Assembly (NCBI GenBank): GCA_041690135.1
Contig: JAWLHY010000001.1
Coordinates: forward strand, 192,001 to 256,000
Direction: 5' to 3'
Source: Armatimonadota bacterium
GTDB lineage: Bacteria; Armatimonadota; SYMT01
DNA: 64,000 bases
Shown here piece after piece: positions 47,427 to 57,922 of the stretch (position 1 is the first letter of the stretch; every line of letters begins with the position of its first letter). The notes under the pieces are model-generated. The model was given only the letters and a program-made list of their open reading frames with translations, did not search any database and had not been told where the DNA came from. The position numbers were made by a program, and so were the translations under genes.

Positions 47427-50400
47427 GTGGACTGGCTCCCGCTCCTTTCTCCCGAAGCCGCCGCGGTGCTGGGCTTGCCGGCGCTTCGGGACTCCGCCCG
47501 GGTGCGCCGCTCGCTCGACGCGCTAACCCGAAGGATCGGCCCACCGCACGTCGCCATCCCCATCCTGGAAGCGATCCTGGAGACGCTTCCGGAGGCCGCG
47601 GACCCGGAGATGGCGCTGGTGAACCTAGAGCGGTGGGTGGCCGGTCTCGCTGCTCCGGTCGGTACGCTCACGCTGTTCCGGGAAGATCCCCGTCTCCGGG
47701 GGGATGTCGTCCGCCTCTTCGGAGCGAGCCAGTACCTGGCGGAGATCCTGATCCGCGATCCGTGGCTCCACAGCCTCTTCCTCGAAGCCCCGGCGCCGCG
47801 CAGCCACGAGGATTACCACCGGATCGTGGCGGGCGCGCTGCGTCCCCTCCGCCGGCCCGAGACCCGCATCGACGCCCTGCGCCGGGTGAAGCGCCGCGAG
47901 TTCTTACGGATCGGCTGGCGCGACCTGGCCCGCGGGGCCGCCGTGGAGGAGACGATCGGCGAAATCTCGGACCTGGCCGATGCGCTGATCGTCGGCGCTC
48001 TCCAACTGGCGGAGGAAGCCGTGGCCCCGCGGTTTGCGACCGCGAGCGCGCAGGTGAAGTTCTGCGTGCTCGCCCTGGGCAAACTGGGGGCGCGCGAGCT
48101 GAACTACAGCAGCGACGTGGACCTGGTATTCGTGATGGACAGCCCGACCCCTCACGACGATAGCCACCGCCGCTACGCCATTCGGCTCGCCGAGAATCTG
48201 ATCCAGACGCTTTCCCGGGAGACGGGGGAGGGGCGCTGCTTCCGGGTGGACATGCGTCTCCGGCCCGAAGGGCGCTCCGGCGCGCTGGTCCGCTCGCTGG
48301 GCGCCTTTCGCCAGTATTACGACCGCTGGGCCGAGACATGGGAGCGGCAGGCCCTCATCAAGGCCCGTCCCGTGGCGGGGGATGCGGAGCTCGGCCGGCG
48401 TTTCATGGACTTGGTCCGGCCCGTGGTCTACCGTCGTCTGCAGGGCGCGACGCTGCTGGAGGACGTACGGGAGATGCGTTTGGCGGTCGAACGGAAGCTG
48501 GAGTCTACGGGCGGTCTCGACGATCACGTGAAGGAAGGCCGCGGTACCATTCGGGAAGTGGAGTTCCCGGTGCAGCTCCTTCAGCTCCTGTTCGGTGCGG
48601 ATCGCCCCGCCCTGCAGGTGCCGGATACACTGACCGCCCTCGCCCGTCTCGAGCAAGAAGGGCTCTTGACCGCGGCGGAGCGGCTTACGTTCGCAACTGG
48701 CTATCGCTTCTTCCGGGTGGTGGAGCACCGGCTCCAGACGCTGCACGATCTCCCGGTGCGGCGTTTGCCACCGGATCCGGCGGACCTTCAGCGCCTGGCG
48801 CGGAGCTCGCCGCGACCGGACTACCTCCTGAACCCGGTGGGGGAGAGGCCGGACTGCTTCGAGGATGCCCACGAATTCCTGGAGACCTTCCGTACGCAGG
48901 CAGAGTGCGTGCACGTCCTGGCCCAGGAAGTCCATCGACGCCTCGGCGTGAGCACCGGGGCCGAGGGAGACGAATTCCGCGCCGCCGTACTATCCGCCGA
49001 CACTGCTGAAGGGGAAGCCGCGCTGCGGGCGGAATGGGTCCGTCGCGGCTTTCCGGAGCCGGAAACGGCCGTGCCGGCTCTCGTCCGGCTGGCTTCCGGC
49101 TCGGCTCAATATCGCCACCCCTCGACCACCCGGCGTCTCTTCGCCGACCTGGCGCCCGCGCTCCTGGAGGCCTGTGCCGAAGCGGCCGACCCGGCGTGGG
49201 CGGTCGAAGGAATGGCCGACTTTTCGGACCGCAAGGTGCTGCACCGGGCTCTGTACCAGACCTTGATCGAGCATCCTGGATCCCTACACGCCCTCACCCG
49301 TTTCGCGGGCAACGCTCCGACCGCCATGCGGACGGTGTTGCGGTTCCCCGAATGGTCGGACGTGGTAACGGACCAGGAGCAGCTCCAGCGGCGCCGGACG
49401 TGCGAGGAATTGGCGGAGGACCTGCGGGGCCGCTTGGAGGCCGACGGCGGCTACGAGCGGCGTCTTTCGGTGCTCCGGCGTTTCAAGTTGCGCGAGTGGG
49501 TGCGGCTCGCCGCCCGCTGCGTGCTGGAAGCCGTTCCCCCGGAGTTAGTGACCGAAGAGTGGTCGGACGTGGCCGACGTGCTGGTGAGGGCCGCTCTCGA
49601 ACTTGCCGTGAGCCACGCGCGGTCTGCCGGGCGGTGGCGGCAAGTGGGGTGCGGCGGCCTGGGCGTGTTCGCGCTCGGGCGCCTGGGTGGCCGGGACCTC
49701 CACTTCGCTTCGGATCTTGATCTGCTATTCGTGCACGATTCCTCGGGAGGCGTTCCGCACCAGGAGTACGAGGCGCTGGCCCGGGCGTTCGGCGACGTAC
49801 TGTCGCGGGTCACCGAGGAAGGAAAGCTGTTCGAGACCGACCTCCGTCTCCGGCCGGAAGGTCGCCAGGGATCGCAGGTCGTGAGCCTGGAAGCGGTCCG
49901 TCGCTACTACGGGCCGGAAGGGCGTGCTCAGACCTGGGAGTTCCAGTCCCTCACTCGGCTCCGCTTCGTGGCCGGCAGCGCGGCTACCGCTGTGCAGCTT
50001 CATGAAACGCTCACCCCCCGCATCTTCCGGGACCCGATGCCGGCCGAGTGGCAAGCGGAGATCCGCACCATGCGCCGCCGCATGGAACTGGAGCGGGTCC
50101 CGGAGGCGGAGCGACCTTACCACCTGAAACTGGGTCCCGGTGGGCTGGCGGACGTGGAGTTCCTCGTGCAGTTCCTCCAACTGCGGCATGGGGCGGACCA
50201 TCCGGAGTTGCGCGGCACGCGGACCCTTCAACTCCTGGATGCACTCCGGGACGCCGGCATTCTGGATGATGTTGATTTCCAAGCTTGTCGCGAGGATTTC
50301 CTGTTCCTGACGCGCCTGCGGCAGTCCCTCACCCTTCTCGCCCCCGACCGCGACAGTGACCGGCTGCCTGCACCGGAGCGAGAGCCGCGACTGGCCACGG

Positions 50401-50507
50401 CACTGGCTCGGGCAATGGGCTACTCGAACAGCGCGGAGTTGGAGTCGGCTTATCGAGCCACCACCGGCGAGGTACGCAAAGTCTTCGCTCGGCATCTGGG
50501 TGCGTGA
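47427..50507 (+). CDS. glnE: Glutamine synthetase adenylyltransferase/adenylyl-removing enzyme
   Basis: Two nucleotidyltransferase domains: LGKLGARELNYSSDVD..RVDMRLRPEG..WERQA and LGRLGGRDLHFASDLD..DLRLRPEG..WEFQS. Confidence 0.95.
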   Translation: MDWLPLLSPEAAAVLGLPALRDSARVRRSLDALTRRIGPPHVAIPILEAILETLPEAADPEMALVNLERWVAGLAAPVGTLTLFREDPRLRGDVVRLFGASQYLAEILIRDPWLHSLFLEAPAPRSHEDYHRIVAGALRPLRRPETRIDALRRVKRREFLRIGWRDLARGAAVEETIGEISDLADALIVGALQLAEEAVAPRFATASAQVKFCVLALGKLGARELNYSSDVDLVFVMDSPTPHDDSHRRYAIRLAENLIQTLSRETGEGRCFRVDMRLRPEGRSGALVRSLGAFRQYYDRWAETWERQALIKARPVAGDAELGRRFMDLVRPVVYRRLQGATLLEDVREMRLAVERKLESTGGLDDHVKEGRGTIREVEFPVQLLQLLFGADRPALQVPDTLTALARLEQEGLLTAAERLTFATGYRFFRVVEHRLQTLHDLPVRRLPPDPADLQRLARSSPRPDYLLNPVGERPDCFEDAHEFLETFRTQAECVHVLAQEVHRRLGVSTGAEGDEFRAAVLSADTAEGEAALRAEWVRRGFPEPETAVPALVRLASGSAQYRHPSTTRRLFADLAPALLEACAEAADPAWAVEGMADFSDRKVLHRALYQTLIEHPGSLHALTRFAGNAPTAMRTVLRFPEWSDVVTDQEQLQRRRTCEELAEDLRGRLEADGGYERRLSVLRRFKLREWVRLAARCVLEAVPPELVTEEWSDVADVLVRAALELAVSHARSAGRWRQVGCGGLGVFALGRLGGRDLHFASDLDLLFVHDSSGGVPHQEYEALARAFGDVLSRVTEEGKLFETDLRLRPEGRQGSQVVSLEAVRRYYGPEGRAQTWEFQSLTRLRFVAGSAATAVQLHETLTPRIFRDPMPAEWQAEIRTMRRRMELERVPEAERPYHLKLGPGGLADVEFLVQFLQLRHGADHPELRGTRTLQLLDALRDAGILDDVDFQACREDFLFLTRLRQSLTLLAPDRDSDRLPAPEREPRLATALARAMGYSNSAELESAYRATTGEVRKVFARHLGA

Positions 50508-50531
50508 AATCGGAGGCCTTTGGCACCGTTG

Positions 50532-52200
50532 CCCGGAGTCCCGCTGCGAGCAGAAGCCCTCCACAGTGACTATCCAACTCGCGATCTCCGGACCCGATAC
50601 CCGGCCTTGTCTCTCCGGATGGGTCCTGTACCTTGACGGAGTCCCGCTGCGAGGCGGGCCTTCGCGATCTTGAAGTAGGAGCCCGTGCTGATCCACGGCA
50701 ATTCCGTTTTGATATCAGTAGCCGCCGAGTCCCCCACTTCGCGAGAGTTACTTCAGGTTCCCGTGGTGGAGAAGCGGTTCGGCTCCAGTTGTGTGTCTCG
50801 GTGGACCCGTACGGGCACCCTTGACGCGGATCGCAAAGGCCCCCAAAAAGGCATTGGGTAGTCGCGATGCCTCATGACGGGATCCGGATACCACCAGTCG
50901 CGAAGGCCCGCCTCGCAGCGGGACTCCGTCATGGATTCCCACGGATCCTTTTCGACCAGGTTAGGTACCGGATGCGGAGATCGCCAACTGGTTGATTCCC
51001 GCTGGTTGGCAGTGGGTAAGCTCGGCTTCGGAATCGGCACTGGATGAACAGGATGATCATAGGGTCATCCCCGGAGTCCCGTTGGGAGGCGGGCCTTCAA
51101 AGGTGTCTACCAACTCGCGATCTCAGCACCCGATACCCGGCCTAGTCTCTCCGGATGGGTCCTGTACCTTGACGGAGTCCCGCTGCGAGGCGGGTCTTCG
51201 CGATCTTGAAGTAGGAGCCCGTGCTGATCCACGGCAACTCCGTTTTGATATCAGTAGCCGCCGAGTCCCCCACTTCGCGAGAGTTACTTCAGGTTCCCGT
51301 GGTGGAGAAGCGGTTCGGCTCCGGTGGTGAGTCTCGGTGGACCGGAGCGGGCACCCTTGACGTGGATCGCAAAGGCCCCCAAAAAGGCATTGGGTAGTCG
51401 CGATGCCTCATGACGGGATCCGGATACCACCAGTCGCGAAGGCCCGCCTCCCAGCGGGACTCCGTCAAGAACCAGAACCAGAGGGTACAGACAAAGCCAG
51501 GTGCCGGATGCCGAGGTCGCAAACGGGCCGCCTCCCTCCGGTTGGCAGAGGTAGGATCGGGCTCGGAAGCGGCACCGGATATACGCTAGGGTCACAGGCT
51601 CATGCCCGGAGTCCCGCTGCCGGATGCCGGGTACCCGCGTGCGGGTGAGGATGCGGGCCTTCAACAGTGACTACCCAACTCGCAATCTCAGCACTTGATC
51701 CCCGGCCTGGTCTCTCTGGATGGGTCCTGTTCCATGACGGAGTCCCGCTGCGAGGCGGGCCTTCGCGATCTTGAAGTAGGAGCCCGTGCTGATCCACGGC
51801 AATTCCGTTTTGACTTCAGTAGCCGCCGAGTCCCCCACTTCGCGAGAGTTACTTCAGGTTCCCGTGGTGGAGAAGCGGTTCGGCTCCGGTGGTGAGTCTC
51901 GGTGGACCGGAGCGGGCACCCTTGACGTGGATCGCAAAAGTCCCCAAGAGGCACTCGGCAGTCGCCATCCATCACGGTGGGATCCGGATATTGCCGATCG
52001 CGAAGGCCCGCCTCCCAGCGGGACTCCGTCAAGAACCAGAATCGGTCGTCAGAGATCAGAACGGGATCCGGACACTACGGATCGCGAAGGCCGACGCCCA
52101 CACCCGCTGGCGGGTACCCGGCACCCGGCAGCGGGACTCCGTTATGGGTCCCGACGGGGTCCCTTAGGGCGAGGACGGGTGCCGGATGCTGAGATCGCCA
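50532..52200. repeat. Array of three ~536-565-bp composite units, each holding a ~297-bp element with 34-bp terminal inverted repeats
   Basis: Elements at 50634-50931, 51170-51467 and 51735-52031 with arm TGACGGAGTCCCGCTGCGAGGCGGGCCTTCGCGA and near-identical interiors; extra half arms at 50532, 51070, 51605 and ~52080-52142. Confidence 0.92.
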
Positions 52201-52303
52201 GGTACTTCCAGTTCCCGCCAAGGCACAACTGCCAGAGGACATGTTGCACTCGCCAGCGAAGAGGCCAGGAGAAGTTTTCTTCCTACATGCTGGAGTTTGT
52301 GTC

Positions 52304-53605
52304 ATGACGGATCTGGACCCCCGGCTAAACCGCCGGACCTTTTTGATGGGCGCGCTGGCCGCGCCGGTGCTCGCCCCTTCGATTGCCCGCGCCGCCGGAC
52401 CGGGTGAGAAGCTGAAGCTCGGGATTATCGGCGTCGGCGGCCGGGGCGAAGGGAACTGGAGCAACCTGACGAACGAGGAAGTCCTCGTGCTCTGCGACGT
52501 GGACACCACGCGGGTCTCCAAGGCCCACCAGGTGTTTCCCAGCGCGGAGGTCGTGCAGGACTTCCGCCGGGTCATCGACCGCAACGACCTGGACGGGGTG
52601 GTCATTTCCACGCCGGACCACTGGCACGCCATTCCCTCGGTGTGGGCGATGCAGACGGGCAAGCACGTCTACTGCGAGAAACCGCTCGCCCATTCCATCT
52701 ACGAGGCGCGCGTGATGCAGGAGGCGGCCCGCAAGTATAAGCGCGTCACCCAGATGGGCACGCAGATCCACGCCGGCGCCAACTACCGGCGCGTGGTGGA
52801 ACTGGTCCAGGCCGGGGCGATCGGTCCGGTGAAGCGGGTGGACGTGTGGTGCGAGAAGGCCCCCAACCCCGTGCAGCGGACCGTCGGCACCACCCCGCCT
52901 CCGCATCTGGACTACGAGCTGTGGGTCGGCCCCGCGCCGTGGCGCCCCTACGAGCCGGGCCTGGTGCCGTTCAACTGGCGCTGGTGGTGGGAGTTCGGCG
53001 GGGGAGTACTGGCCGACATGGCCTGCCATTACATGGACCTGCCGACGTGGGCCCTGGGTCTCCGGGCGCCGGAGCGGGTGAAAGCGGACGGTAAGCTTCC
53101 CGCCGACTCGGTCAACAAGATGCCTCAGGAGATGCGGGTCGACTTCTTCCATCCCTCCCGTGGCGACCGGGGAGAGGTCCAGGTGACCTGGTGGCACGGC
53201 ATCAGCGGCCCGCGCGATGCCAACGGCCAGGTGATCGACACCGGCTACCGCAACGGCGTCCTCTTCCATGGGGAGAAGGGCCAGATCCTGGCCGACTACG
53301 GTCGCCACAAGCTGCTGCCGGAAGAACAGTTCAAGGACTACCAGCGCCCCGCCCCGACCATTCCGGATTCGGTGGGACACCAGCGCGAATGGGCGGACGC
53401 CATCCGCAACGGGGGCACCCCCTTGTGCAACTTCGACTACGGCGGGTCTCTCACGGAGACGGTGCTCCTCGGCAATGTGGCTTACCACCTGGACCGGGAG
53501 ATCGAGTGGGACCCGAAGAAGCTCCGCGTGAAGAACGCAAAGAAGTCGGAATGGGAGCACCTGATCCGCCGCGAGTACCGCGGGGATTGGACGCTCAAGC
53601 GGTAG
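52304..53605 (+). CDS. Tat-exported Gfo/Idh/MocA family oxidoreductase
   Basis: NRRTFL signal; GIIGVGGRG, ISTPDHWH, VYCEKPL, DMACHYMD. Confidence 0.92.
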   Translation: MTDLDPRLNRRTFLMGALAAPVLAPSIARAAGPGEKLKLGIIGVGGRGEGNWSNLTNEEVLVLCDVDTTRVSKAHQVFPSAEVVQDFRRVIDRNDLDGVVISTPDHWHAIPSVWAMQTGKHVYCEKPLAHSIYEARVMQEAARKYKRVTQMGTQIHAGANYRRVVELVQAGAIGPVKRVDVWCEKAPNPVQRTVGTTPPPHLDYELWVGPAPWRPYEPGLVPFNWRWWWEFGGGVLADMACHYMDLPTWALGLRAPERVKADGKLPADSVNKMPQEMRVDFFHPSRGDRGEVQVTWWHGISGPRDANGQVIDTGYRNGVLFHGEKGQILADYGRHKLLPEEQFKDYQRPAPTIPDSVGHQREWADAIRNGGTPLCNFDYGGSLTETVLLGNVAYHLDREIEWDPKKLRVKNAKKSEWEHLIRREYRGDWTLKR

Positions 53606-53675
53606 GGTTGCCAGGCTAGCGGGTAGGGCGGGCCCTGGAAGCACTTTCCGGGGCCCGTCCCTGTCCGGAGCAGCG

Positions 53676-54209
53676 CTAATCGTGCCTGCGTACGCTCCGA
53701 AGGAGATACGTCCGGTCCCGGTAGAGGTCGGCCCAAAAGGTGGTGAAGGGGCCTTCGAACCGCGTCACCTCCACCGCTCCGAAACGTTCTTCCATCTCCC
53801 GGCGCGTGGAACGGTGGATTCCGTCGCTGTGCGCATCGCCGAAGTGGGGGAGGAGCGCCTCGAATACGCCACCGGGCCGGAGCACCCGATAGCATTCCGC
53901 CACCAGCAATCCCAGTGCCTCCAGGTAAAGGTGGAGCACGAACCCGCAGTGTACGCGGGTGAAAACGGCATCGCGGAACGGGATGAAGGACCGTGCCTTT
54001 CCAGTTTCCACCGAATGCTCCGGCCGAACTTCCGCCCCTACTCTCCGGACATTTGGCGATAGCGTTTCCAGCCGGCCGGATGCAATCATTCCCGAGGTGA
54101 GGAGCGGATCCATCGCCAACCGCAGCACGCCTTCGGACGCCGGGGTTGCCACCCAATGCTCCGCGTTGATGCCCGAGCCCACGTCCAGCCACCATTCGCG
54201 GAGTGCCAT
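53676..54209 (-). CDS. Class I SAM-dependent methyltransferase-like protein
   Basis: LDVGSG motif I, IPFRDAVF, ECYRVLRPGG; overlaps the upstream stop. Confidence 0.75.
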   Translation of the reverse strand: MALREWWLDVGSGINAEHWVATPASEGVLRLAMDPLLTSGMIASGRLETLSPNVRRVGAEVRPEHSVETGKARSFIPFRDAVFTRVHCGFVLHLYLEALGLLVAECYRVLRPGGVFEALLPHFGDAHSDGIHRSTRREMEERFGAVEVTRFEGPFTTFWADLYRDRTYLLRSVRRHD

Positions 54210-55339
54210 TAAGGGTGGTTCGGCACCTCGCAGGAAACGAATGTAAAGGAGTAGATCCCCATCCCCGGATCGCCGGTCGCCAGCTTCAGGGTCCGCTGGG
54301 CGAACTTCGCGTTCTTGATGATGTTGTACATGCGCGGTTCGTCGATCAGCAGGTAGCTCCGGCCCTTCTCGTCGTACCGGATGTCGGTCCCCTTGTCCGC
54401 CTTCGCGACGGGCTTGTTGTCGTGGTAGACGTAGACCCGCACCGGCAGGCCGGACTCCGGCTTCAGCACGGAGTTCACTTCCAGGGCGTGGTACTTGATA
54501 CCGATGTAATCCCGGGGATCCGGAATCTTGCGGCTGCTGATGAGGGCCTCCGCATTATTCAGCCACGGCCCCTTCACATACACCAGGCCGTCTTCCCACT
54601 TGCCCGGGTCCTTATAAGTGACCGTCTTCCCCGGCTGATACCCCTCGCGGTTAGCCAGGGTGCCCTCATGGCCGCCGCGCTCGTATCCCAGGTAGAGTTC
54701 CGGCGTAACAGGGTAACAGACGGCACCCGGCTTGTCCGTGCCCCGGAGGGCCTTCGTGATGGGCGGGAGTTCTACCTTGGGATTCAGCTCCCGGAGCATC
54801 TTCTGGATCTTCTCTTCGGTCGCCTCATAGGCGCCCTCGCCGAAGTGGAAGTACCGGACGAAGCCGTCTTTATCGATCAGGTACTTGGCCGGCCAGTACC
54901 GGTTGCTGTACGATCGCCAGACCACGTAGTCGCTGTCGATCACGATCGGGTAGGTGAGGCCGAACTTCTTGGCGGAGTGGGTGACGTTCTGCTCCAGCTT
55001 GGCGAACTGGAACTCCGGGGTGTGGACCCCTACGATCACCAGGCCTTTATCCTTATACTTCTCGTGCCAGGCCTTGAGATAGGGGAGGGTGCGAATGCAG
55101 TTGACGCAGGTGTACTCCCAGAAGTCGATGAGCACCACCTTCCCCTTGAGCTGCTCCATCGTCAGCGGCTCGGAGTTCAGCCATTTGAGACCCTGGGCCA
55201 GCGGAGGCGCTTCCACCCGGATCTCGTCGTCAGGGCCGGGGGCGGCGACCGCCGGGGTAGACCCGCGGCCGAGTAAGGCGACCCCCATGAGGAGTGCCAG
55301 GAGCAGGGAGCCGGTGAAGTAGGGCTTGTTTCGTTCCAT
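54209..55339 (-). CDS. Exported redoxin with DipZ-type C-terminal domain
   Basis: WLNSEPL, LIDFWEYTCVNC, GVHTPEF, NRYWPA.Y, GEGAY, TPELYLGY, YSFTF. Confidence 0.88.
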   Translation of the reverse strand: MERNKPYFTGSLLLALLMGVALLGRGSTPAVAAPGPDDEIRVEAPPLAQGLKWLNSEPLTMEQLKGKVVLIDFWEYTCVNCIRTLPYLKAWHEKYKDKGLVIVGVHTPEFQFAKLEQNVTHSAKKFGLTYPIVIDSDYVVWRSYSNRYWPAKYLIDKDGFVRYFHFGEGAYEATEEKIQKMLRELNPKVELPPITKALRGTDKPGAVCYPVTPELYLGYERGGHEGTLANREGYQPGKTVTYKDPGKWEDGLVYVKGPWLNNAEALISSRKIPDPRDYIGIKYHALEVNSVLKPESGLPVRVYVYHDNKPVAKADKGTDIRYDEKGRSYLLIDEPRMYNIIKNAKFAQRTLKLATGDPGMGIYSFTFVSCEVPNHP

Positions 55340-55561
55340 ACCCGAATTCGTTGGTCGTGCGAGGCGCTCGGGGTAGGAGGAGCGCCGCGGCCCCAAGTCC
55401 TCCCCGGGGGCCAAGTTTGCCCCATTGTACCATGGCCTCCGCCCCCCGACCAATGCGCGGCGGCCCGGCTGTCACATCCGTGCATTGCGATCTGTTTGAA
55501 ATCAACGCTACTCCAGGGCCAATTCTGCCGATGTTCGAGTTAGAGGGGACCTATCCGCAGC

Positions 55562-56752
55562 ATGAAACTCTCCCGGCGTGATCTCATCATCGCATCCTTA
55601 CCCCCGGTCGGAACAGTCCTGACCGGATGCGTCGGATCCGGCGCTCGCCGCAACGGACCGACGGTCGCCACTCGCCGAGAACCGGTTCGCGATCCCTTTC
55701 ACGGTGGCGAAAAACTGGGGGTGGTGGAGTTCGTCGGGGAGGGACGGCCGCCTCTGGACACCGCCTTCGGCGAGGGTCTCGATGGGCGTCTTTACACGGA
55801 CCTGACTCGTCTTTCTCCCGAAGGGACGAGTGTTCCCAACGACAGCTTCTACATTCGCACCCGCTGCCCCGAGAGGCTGGATGCGGGCTCGGACTGGAAC
55901 CTCCGCCTGCATGGGATGGTGGCCCGTCCCGTGGACTTGCCCATCTCCGACTTGTTGAAGGCAGAGCGACCCATGGGCGTGCACCTGATGGAGTGCGCGG
56001 GAAACACCGCCGGGGGGCGTTTCGGGATGATCGGCGCGGCGGAGTGGTCCGGCGTGCCACTGGCAGAGGTTCTCGACCGGGTGCAGCCCCATCCCGGCAC
56101 CAACCGAATTTCCGTAGCCGGGTACGACCGCCACCTCCGTGGCTCCCGGCACTCGGTCGCGGGGGCGAGCTGGATCTTTACGCGGGAACAGCTTGAGGAG
56201 GCCGGCGCTTTTCTGGCGACCCGGATGAACGGCGAACCGTTGCCCCGCGACCACGGCTACCCGGTGCGCCTGCTGGTACCCGGATGGTACGGCTGCGTGA
56301 GCGCGAAATGGGTGAACGAGATCCGATGGGTGAATGATGACGAACCCGCCACCACCCAGATGCGGGAGTTCGCGGTCCGCACCCACCAATCGGGGATTCC
56401 GCAGCTCGCCCGAAATTATCTCCCTGCGCGGATCGACCGCGCCGCCATGCCGATTCGCGTGGAGAAGTGGCGCGTGGACGGCAAGCTCCGCTACCGGGTG
56501 GTGGGGATCGCCTGGGGAGGGCGAGGGGAGCGGGACCTGGAGATCCGGTTCACGCCGGACGGCGCCTACGAGCCAGTCGCCGATCCGCCACCAGCCGGCG
56601 AGACCGCCTCCTGGTCACTCTGGTCGCACCCGTTCCAGCCTACCGTCGCCGCGGATTACGCCATCCAGCTCCGGCTTGCCGACCGCACGGTGACCACTCG
56701 CCGCCTGGACCGCGGCCATTACCTCCGGTATGCCCGGATCGACGAAGTTTGA
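55562..56752 (+). CDS. Tat lipoprotein, molybdopterin-dependent oxidoreductase (sulfite oxidase family)
   Basis: SRRDLI..LTGC; FYIR, MECAGN, WSGVPL, MNGEPLPRDHGYPVRLLVPGWYG..SAKWV. Confidence 0.88.
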   Translation: MKLSRRDLIIASLPPVGTVLTGCVGSGARRNGPTVATRREPVRDPFHGGEKLGVVEFVGEGRPPLDTAFGEGLDGRLYTDLTRLSPEGTSVPNDSFYIRTRCPERLDAGSDWNLRLHGMVARPVDLPISDLLKAERPMGVHLMECAGNTAGGRFGMIGAAEWSGVPLAEVLDRVQPHPGTNRISVAGYDRHLRGSRHSVAGASWIFTREQLEEAGAFLATRMNGEPLPRDHGYPVRLLVPGWYGCVSAKWVNEIRWVNDDEPATTQMREFAVRTHQSGIPQLARNYLPARIDRAAMPIRVEKWRVDGKLRYRVVGIAWGGRGERDLEIRFTPDGAYEPVADPPPAGETASWSLWSHPFQPTVAADYAIQLRLADRTVTTRRLDRGHYLRYARIDEV

Positions 56753-56907
56753 TCCCCCGCAATCGCAACCCCGCTCTCCGGAAACGTTGCGCGGCCTCAG
56801 CAAACTGCCAGTAATCGAGTTGCAAGCAGAACCCCTTTCCCGCCTATAGAGAACAGGTTGCCGCCCAACCGCGCCGCAACCGCGCTGCTGGACTGAAGGA
56901 GTTCACA

Positions 56908-57645
56908 ATGCACTCATCCCGATCCCTACATCGCTCCGGACGGCCGCGAAAGGCATTCACCCTCATCGAGTTGCTCGTGGTGATCGCCATTATCGCCATC
57001 CTCGCCGCCATCCTCTTCCCCGTCTTCGCCCGCGCCCGCGAGGCGGCCCGCGCCAGCTCTTGCCGCTCCAACCTCAAGCAGATGGGTACCGCCTGGAGTC
57101 TCTACACCCAGGACTACGACGAGCTGAGCCCGCGCTCCAACATCAGCCCCGTTGGCCCCTACACACTACCCAACGGCGCCACGCACTCGGCGGGCGTCTT
57201 GCTCTGGCACACCATGCTTCACCCTTACCTGAAGAATGTGGGGGTGGTGGACTGCCCCAGCGGCGGCGGCGAGTCCAGCAAGTACACCGGCAACTACACG
57301 GGAGGGGGACGGTACGGACAGAATGCCGTCAGCGCTGGGGCCGCCCTGGCCCAGTACAGCCGTCCCGCCGAGACTTCCATCTACGCGGACGTGCGCTCTA
57401 ACTACCACAAGGGCGGTGGGGCGGACATCGCCGGCTGCTGCTACACGCTGGACCGCTGGGATGAACTGGCGGACCGCCACAGCGACACGCTCAACGTCGC
57501 CTACGCGGACGGCCACGTGAAGTCCATCAAGAAGCGGAACGTCGCCTTCGAAGGGACGCCGTCAGTAGTAGCACCGTCAGACGAGATGGCCTCCCGCAAG
57601 ACCACCGGGGGCGAAGACATCTTCTGGCGGGCCGACGTCCCGTAG
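56908..57645 (+). CDS. Prepilin-type N-terminal methylation / DUF1559 / H-X9-DG protein, paralogue 1
   Basis: [38 protein letters not shown]; [16 protein letters not shown]. Confidence 0.93.
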   Translation: MHSSRSLHRSGRPRKAFTLIELLVVIAIIAILAAILFPVFARAREAARASSCRSNLKQMGTAWSLYTQDYDELSPRSNISPVGPYTLPNGATHSAGVLLWHTMLHPYLKNVGVVDCPSGGGESSKYTGNYTGGGRYGQNAVSAGAALAQYSRPAETSIYADVRSNYHKGGGADIAGCCYTLDRWDELADRHSDTLNVAYADGHVKSIKKRNVAFEGTPSVVAPSDEMASRKTTGGEDIFWRADVP

Positions 57646-57686
57646 AAGCGCTTCAGGGTCTTCTGCACGATTGGGACACGCACGTC

Positions 57687-57720
57687 AAACCGGGAAGGCT
57701 GCCGCCCTTCCCGGTTTCCT
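57687..57720 (+). terminator. Intrinsic terminator-like hairpin
   Basis: AAACCGGGAAGG-CTGCCGC-CCTTCCCGGTTT. Confidence 0.65.
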
Positions 57721-57922
57721 ACTCACCGATGGAAAACCGCCTCGCACGCGTGCAGGCAGAACACCTGACCGACCACGACCCAACGACACAAATGGGCCTG
57801 GAAGAGAACTCAGTAAAATCCCAACATGGGAAGCAGGTGATCCGCAGCTTGCCCTCCAATAATCAACATGCCTTTACTCAACATCCTTGCAACCGCAAGG
57901 TCGCCTCTTAGGAGGGCCTACG

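Noticed and set aside
50532-52200. CRISPR array
   Set aside because: The 34-bp repeats alternate in orientation, the sequences between them are conserved and hundreds of bp long, and no cas genes are present
50633-52307. Short repeated ORFs (MTESRCEAGLRD...)
   Set aside because: They arise from the inverted arms on both strands, differ in length between units and show no family motifs
57729-57911. 60-aa ORF between pilin paralogues 1 and 2
   Set aside because: No RBS, signal or motif; overlaps the likely promoter region of paralogue 2
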